Below, one piece after another: positions 58,367 to 64,000 of a DNA stretch of 64,000 nt. Every line of letters begins with the position of its first letter. Within the stretch, counting starts at the first letter, position 1. The translations under genes and the position numbers were made by a program. This stretch comes from Candidatus Entotheonellaceae bacterium. Lineage in GTDB: Bacteria > Tectomicrobia > Entotheonellia > Entotheonellales > Entotheonellaceae. The DNA lies in contig OZ250173.1 in assembly GCA_965238075.1 (NCBI GenBank), positions 1,024,001 through 1,088,000 on the forward strand, in the 5' to 3' direction. A model generated the notes under the pieces. It saw nothing but the letters and a program-made list of their open reading frames with translations, did not search any database and had not been told where the DNA came from.

Positions 58367-59365
58367 CTAATCCATCACCAGCATGATCTTGCCGACGTTG
58401 CGGTTGTCTTCCATGTACTGGTGCGCCGCGGCGGCCTCGGCGAGCGGGAATGAGGTGTCGATGAGGGGCTGCAGGCGGCCGCTTTCGAGCTCGGGAAGCC
58501 AGCGGCTGCGGAAGCGCTCGGTGATGGTGATTTTGTTCGCCAGCGGCTGGCTGCGCATGACCGAGCCGATGACCTGCAGGCGCTTGCGCATGAGGCCGAG
58601 ATCGGCTTCCACCTTGGCGCCGCCCATGAGGCCGACCAGCACCAGCCGACCGGCCGTTTTCAGGCATTTGAGATTGTTTTGCCAGTAGGCGGCGCCGATG
58701 AAGTCCTGCACCAGATCGACGCCGGCGCCGTCGGTCAGTTCCAGCACTCGCGCCGCGAAATCGGTCGTCTTGTAATTGATGCCCGCCTCGGCGCCCAGCG
58801 CCACGGTGCACGCCACCTTGGCGCCGCCCACCTTGCGGCCTTCCTCTGAACCCACCGTAACCAGCACTCGCGCGCCCGCTTGCCGCGCCATCTGAATGCC
58901 GGCGGTTCCCACCCCGCTGGCGCCGGCGTGAATAAGCACCGTTTCCCCCTTGTCCAGCCGCCCCAAGGTGAACAAGGTCTCGTTGGCGGTGAAAAAGACC
59001 TCGGGCACCGCCGCTGCCTTAACGAAGTCCCAATCGTCTGGAATGGGCATGGCCATCCGGTAATCGATGCAGGCTTTCTCGGCGTAGCCGCCGCCGCCGA
59101 CCAGGCCGAAGACGCGGTCGCCCGGCTTGAAGCTCGACGCGTTGGCGCCGACCGCCTCCACCTCGCCGGCGAGTTCGAGGCCGAGGATGTCCGACTCGCC
59201 GGGCGGCGGCGGGTAGTGGCCGCGCCGCTGCATGGTGTCGGCGCGGTTGAGGGCGCTGGCCCGCACGCGCACCAACAACTCATCGGCGGTGGGGGTGGGC
59301 TCGGCGACGTCTTCCAGGCGCAGCACGTCGGGTCCTCCGCAGGTTGCGAAGGTAATCGCTTTCAT
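58367..59365 (-). CDS. NAD(P)H-quinone oxidoreductase, PIG3 family
   Basis: NRAD..QR.G.YPPP.G...LGLE; HAGASGVGTA. Confidence 0.92.
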   Translation of the reverse strand: MKAITFATCGGPDVLRLEDVAEPTPTADELLVRVRASALNRADTMQRRGHYPPPPGESDILGLELAGEVEAVGANASSFKPGDRVFGLVGGGGYAEKACIDYRMAMPIPDDWDFVKAAAVPEVFFTANETLFTLGRLDKGETVLIHAGASGVGTAGIQMARQAGARVLVTVGSEEGRKVGGAKVACTVALGAEAGINYKTTDFAARVLELTDGAGVDLVQDFIGAAYWQNNLKCLKTAGRLVLVGLMGGAKVEADLGLMRKRLQVIGSVMRSQPLANKITITERFRSRWLPELESGRLQPLIDTSFPLAEAAAAHQYMEDNRNVGKIMLVMD

Positions 59366-59592
59366 GATGATGGCTGTCTCCAGACGGTAAATGGGGTCGG
59401 ATTCGCGGGGTCACAAAGTGTCTGCTGGAACCGCAAGTTCGTGGGCCACGAAGCTAGCACGCAGGCTCGCGGGGTGTCAATTTGGCCCCTGCGCCGCATG
59501 GCGCCGCGGTTTGACGCCTCCCGGCGAGTCGTGCTACAACCGCACCCGTTTCTGCAACAGCTACCTACATTAAGGGAGCACCTCACCGGGAT

Positions 59593-59722
59593 TTCCCCCT
59601 CACCCCTACCCTCTCCTGCCAGGGGAGAGGGAGCAAAATCCTGTCGCGGGAGAGGTTCAGTTCTCTGGTCCCCCCCCCTCGGTGGGGGAGGATTAGGGAG
59701 AGGGGGATTCGTGGTAGCGCGA
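59593..59722. repeat. Composite two-hairpin palindromic element (inverted orientation)
   Basis: Same arms as 39214-39358. Confidence 0.75.
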
Positions 59723-59751
59723 CCCCCATCTTGACCTCGAAAAGGAACGCC

Positions 59752-60774
59752 ATGACCGAGCATCGCCCCCCGGTAGAGAATCTTGCCGCCGAGCGCGTCA
59801 ACGAGATGAGCCGCAACTTCTGGAACTCGGCGGTTCTGCGAGCGGGTATCAAGCTGAACGTCTTTGCCCTCTTGCAGAATCAAGCCCTGCCGTGTGACGA
59901 CGTGGCACAGGCGTGCGGCGCCAACCGGCGCTTCATGGAGGCCTTTCTGGAGGCGTGCGTGGCGCTGGGATTGCTCGACAAACAGGGCGAGCTCTATACC
60001 GACTCGGCGCAGGCGGCGGCCTTCTTGATCCCTGACAAGCCGACCTACGTGGGCGACCTGGTTTTGCATATCACCAATTACTGGCACACCTGGGGCAAGC
60101 TCGACCAGCTCATCAAGGAGGGCCGCACGGAACTGCCGTTCGAGAACGGTTTCGTCGACGTGCCGACGTATTGGACCGACTACATGCTCGGCCAGCACAA
60201 CCGCGCCACCGCGGGTCAGGGCGCCTATCTGGTGCAGAGCGTGGCGCTCGACGGCAGGCGCAAGATGCTCGACCTCGGGGGCGGCGCGGCCAGCTACAGC
60301 ATCGCCCTGTGCGCCGCCAATCCGGCGTTGCGCGCCGACGTCGTCGACCAGGTGGAGCCGCTGGAGGTCGCCCGCCCGCTGGTCGAAGCGGCGGGGCTGC
60401 AGGACCGTATCACCCTCGTGCCGGGTGATTTCAACACGCTGGAGCTGGCGAGCGATTACGACGTGGTGCTGATTTCCGGGGTGGTGCTGATCAAATCCGA
60501 AGCGGATTGCCGAGCGGTGTTCCGCCGCGCCCTCGGCGCCCTGCAGCCGGGCGGCCTGGTCATCGTGCAGGATTTCATGCGCGTCGACCACAGCGCCGCG
60601 CGCAGCTTCCTGGACACCATGATGGACATGTACGTGGTGGTGGGCTTCGACCCCGGCGCCAGCGACCGCTTTGGCGACGAAGTGGCGGGTTGGCTGTCCG
60701 ACGAGGGCTTCGCCAACACCCGGCAAATCCCGCTGCCCACGCATCTGGCCCTGGTACTCGCCGACAAGCCGTAG
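59752..60774 (+). CDS. SAM-dependent O-methyltransferase (family 2) with dimerisation domain
   Basis: LDLGGG, GDF, L.PGG.VIV.D. Confidence 0.88.
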   Translation: MTEHRPPVENLAAERVNEMSRNFWNSAVLRAGIKLNVFALLQNQALPCDDVAQACGANRRFMEAFLEACVALGLLDKQGELYTDSAQAAAFLIPDKPTYVGDLVLHITNYWHTWGKLDQLIKEGRTELPFENGFVDVPTYWTDYMLGQHNRATAGQGAYLVQSVALDGRRKMLDLGGGAASYSIALCAANPALRADVVDQVEPLEVARPLVEAAGLQDRITLVPGDFNTLELASDYDVVLISGVVLIKSEADCRAVFRRALGALQPGGLVIVQDFMRVDHSAARSFLDTMMDMYVVVGFDPGASDRFGDEVAGWLSDEGFANTRQIPLPTHLALVLADKP

Positions 60775-60907
60775 GGTGAGGGGTTTCGCGGCGAGCCTGT
60801 GACCCATTCGCGGTTTATTGGAACCGCCTCCGGTTTTGCGATACCATGGCGGCTTTGGACGTTGGCATTGATGTTTCCATCCAAACAACAGGCCCACCGC
60901 ATACCTT

Positions 60908-61822
<915 letters not shown>

Positions 61823-61826
61823 GACG

Positions 61827-63158
61827 ATGGCAGAGCACCCATTGCCCGGCGGCGCCATGGCGCCGGACGGGGGTCACAAGAACACGCTGACCGACATGTT
61901 CAAGGAGGCAGGGCTGGCGGCGCTCGTTGCGTTGCTGCTGGCGTTGCCCATGGCCGGCTTTCGGACCACGGAATCCCTCGTCGGGCTCAATCTTGATTTT
62001 CGTCCCCTCTTCGTCATTGTTGCCGTGGCGATTGTGTTCCTCGGCCGCGTCCTGCTGATCGTGCTGCGCGAGCGCCGCGGCGTCGCGACGCGCAGCGACG
62101 GCGGCGCGGGTCTGATGGACCGCATCGCGCGCGGCGCCTCGGCGGGCTCGACGACCATCGGCGTCGTCATCCTGGCCGTGGCGGTCCTCCTGCCGTTCAT
62201 GCCGTTTTCCAGCCGCTACCTCATCGACACGGCGACCACCGTCCTCATTTACGTCATGCTCGGCTGGGGGCTGAACATCGTGGTCGGGCTGGCGGGCCTG
62301 CTGGACCTGGGCTACGTGGCCTTCTACGCGGTCGGCGCCTACTCCTACGCCCTGCTGGCGACGCAATTTGGCCTGTCGTTCTGGATCTGTCTGCCCCTGG
62401 CCGGCGTACTTGCGGCCCTGGCGGGCGTTCTGCTCGGCTTTCCGGTGCTGCGACTGCGCGGCGACTATCTGGCCATCGTGACGCTCGGATTCGGCGAGAT
62501 CGTTCGGCTCATCCTGTTGAACTGGTACGAGGTCACCAACGGCCCCGACGGCATTTCCCGCATCCCCCGCCCGACCTTCCTCGGTCTTGAGTTCACGCGC
62601 CGGCCAACCGAGGGCATCACGGCGTTTCATCAGTACTTCGATATCCCCTACTCCGGCCAGCATCGGGTGATCTTTCTGTATTTCCTGATTCTGGCGCTCG
62701 CCTTGCTGACCAACCTGTTTACGCAGCGCATTCGCAAGTTGCCCGTCGGACGCGGCTGGGAGGCGCTGCGCGAGGATGAGATCGCCTGCCGGTCGCTCGG
62801 CATCAACCCGACGAACACCAAGCTGACGGCGTTCGGCCTGGGGGCGCTGTTCGGGGGCTTCGCGGGCGCCTTCTTCGCCACCCGGCAGGGGTTCATCAGC
62901 CCGGAGAGCTTCACGTTCATCGAGTCGGCCATCATCCTGTCCATCGTCGTGCTGGGCGGCATGGGCAGCCAGCTCGGCGTGGTGCTGGCGGCGGTGCTGC
63001 TGATCGTTCTGCCCGAGCTCGGCCGCGAGCTGGCGCAGTTCCGCATGCTGGTCTTCGGCGCCGCCATGGTGGGCATCATGGTGTGGCGTCCGCGCGGCCT
63101 GCTGGCCCACCGCGAGCCCACCCTGCTGCTCTACGGCAAGGGACGAGGTGCGACATGA
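61827..63158 (+). CDS. livM: Branched-chain amino-acid ABC permease LivM
   Basis: GLNIVVGLAGLLDLGYVAFY; LRLRGDYLAIVTLGFGEI. Confidence 0.94.
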   Translation: MAEHPLPGGAMAPDGGHKNTLTDMFKEAGLAALVALLLALPMAGFRTTESLVGLNLDFRPLFVIVAVAIVFLGRVLLIVLRERRGVATRSDGGAGLMDRIARGASAGSTTIGVVILAVAVLLPFMPFSSRYLIDTATTVLIYVMLGWGLNIVVGLAGLLDLGYVAFYAVGAYSYALLATQFGLSFWICLPLAGVLAALAGVLLGFPVLRLRGDYLAIVTLGFGEIVRLILLNWYEVTNGPDGISRIPRPTFLGLEFTRRPTEGITAFHQYFDIPYSGQHRVIFLYFLILALALLTNLFTQRIRKLPVGRGWEALREDEIACRSLGINPTNTKLTAFGLGALFGGFAGAFFATRQGFISPESFTFIESAIILSIVVLGGMGSQLGVVLAAVLLIVLPELGRELAQFRMLVFGAAMVGIMVWRPRGLLAHREPTLLLYGKGRGAT

Positions 63159-64000
63159 CGCAAGCGGCGAGCGACAACAGCGTGTTGCTGACCGTTGGGC
63201 ACATGACGATGCGCTTCGGCGGCCTGCTGGCCATCGACGACCTGTCCTTCGAGGCCAGGAAGGGGGAAATTACCGCCATCATCGGCCCGAACGGCGCCGG
63301 CAAAACCACGGTTTTCAACTGCCTGACCGGTTTCTACAAGCCCACCGTCGGGCGGCTCGCCCTGCATCACCCCAATGGCACGATGCTGCTGGAACGCATG
63401 GAAGGGTTCCGCATCGCGCAGCGCGGCGGCGTGGCGCGGACCTTTCAGAACATCCGGCTGTTCGGCCGCATGACCGTCCTGGAAAACCTGATCGTGGCGC
63501 AGCACAACGTCCTCATGAAGGCCTCGGCGTTTACGGTTGCCGGGCTGCTGGGGCTGCCGCGCTACCGCCGTGCCGAGCGGCAAGCCATCGCCAAGGCGCG
63601 CGAGTGGCTGGACAAGGTACAGCTTCTGGACGTCGCCGATTGGGAAGCCGACAACCTGCCCTACGGCGCCCAACGGCGGCTCGAAATCGCCCGTTGCATG
63701 TGCACCGATCCGTTTCTGCTCTGCCTCGACGAGCCCGCTGCCGGCCTCAATCCGCGCGAATCCGCGGAACTGAATGCGATGCTGCGCAACATCCGCGACG
63801 AGCAAGGAATCGGCCTGCTGCTCATCGAGCACGACATGAACGTGGTCATGGGCATCTCGGACCACATCGTGGTGCTGGATTACGGACGCAAGATCGCCGA
63901 CGGCACGCCGACCGAGGTGCGTAACGACCCGGTGGTCATCCGGGCCTATCTCGGGGAAGAAGAGGAGGGCGAGTTGCCGCCCGTGGTCAGCGACACCATG
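63155..64000 (+). CDS. livG: Branched-chain amino-acid ABC ATPase LivG (runs to the window edge)
   Basis: ATGA overlap with livM; IGPNGAGKTT, RTFQN, LDEPAAGLN, IEHDM; absent from the ORF track because there is no stop in the window. Confidence 0.93.
   Translation, partial: MTQAASDNSVLLTVGHMTMRFGGLLAIDDLSFEARKGEITAIIGPNGAGKTTVFNCLTGFYKPTVGRLALHHPNGTMLLERMEGFRIAQRGGVARTFQNIRLFGRMTVLENLIVAQHNVLMKASAFTVAGLLGLPRYRRAERQAIAKAREWLDKVQLLDVADWEADNLPYGAQRRLEIARCMCTDPFLLCLDEPAAGLNPRESAELNAMLRNIRDEQGIGLLLIEHDMNVVMGISDHIVVLDYGRKIADGTPTEVRNDPVVIRAYLGEEEEGELPPVVSDTM

Overview
This is a high-GC bacterial window. By inference it comes from a host-associated (possibly sponge-symbiont-like) organism, judging by the many luciferase-like monooxygenases, the Fn3/cadherin adhesin and the dense palindromic repeats. 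0.8-16.7 kb is intact housekeeping: selAB, rluB, yicC-gmk-coaBC-udg-PBP1A, an LpoA-like lipoprotein, khpA and manC. Metabolic genes are interleaved with accessory blocks. (i) A coupled 3-gene lower-GC module at 16.8-18.5 kb ends in an ADP-ribosyltransferase/RES-like ORF. (ii) A 25.4-37.4 kb surface-protein island next to tRNA-fMet carries tandem coiled-coil genes, a Slam/type XI secretion pair, a broken Fn3-cadherin autotransporter, a frameshifted RAYT with REPINs, and a 54-aa secreted (NPC)5 peptide gene that the ORF track misses. (iii) A TA cluster at 48.7-50.8 kb holds a dead vapBC and a HigBA-like pair with a tailed antitoxin plus a DUF6941-like third gene. (iv) An IS607/TnpB element sits exactly on the start codon of a glycine-betaine ABC ATPase. 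The best candidates for undescribed systems are the two tripartite toxin modules and the REPIN-flanked NPC peptide cassette. All family calls come from reading motifs by eye; no database searches were run.
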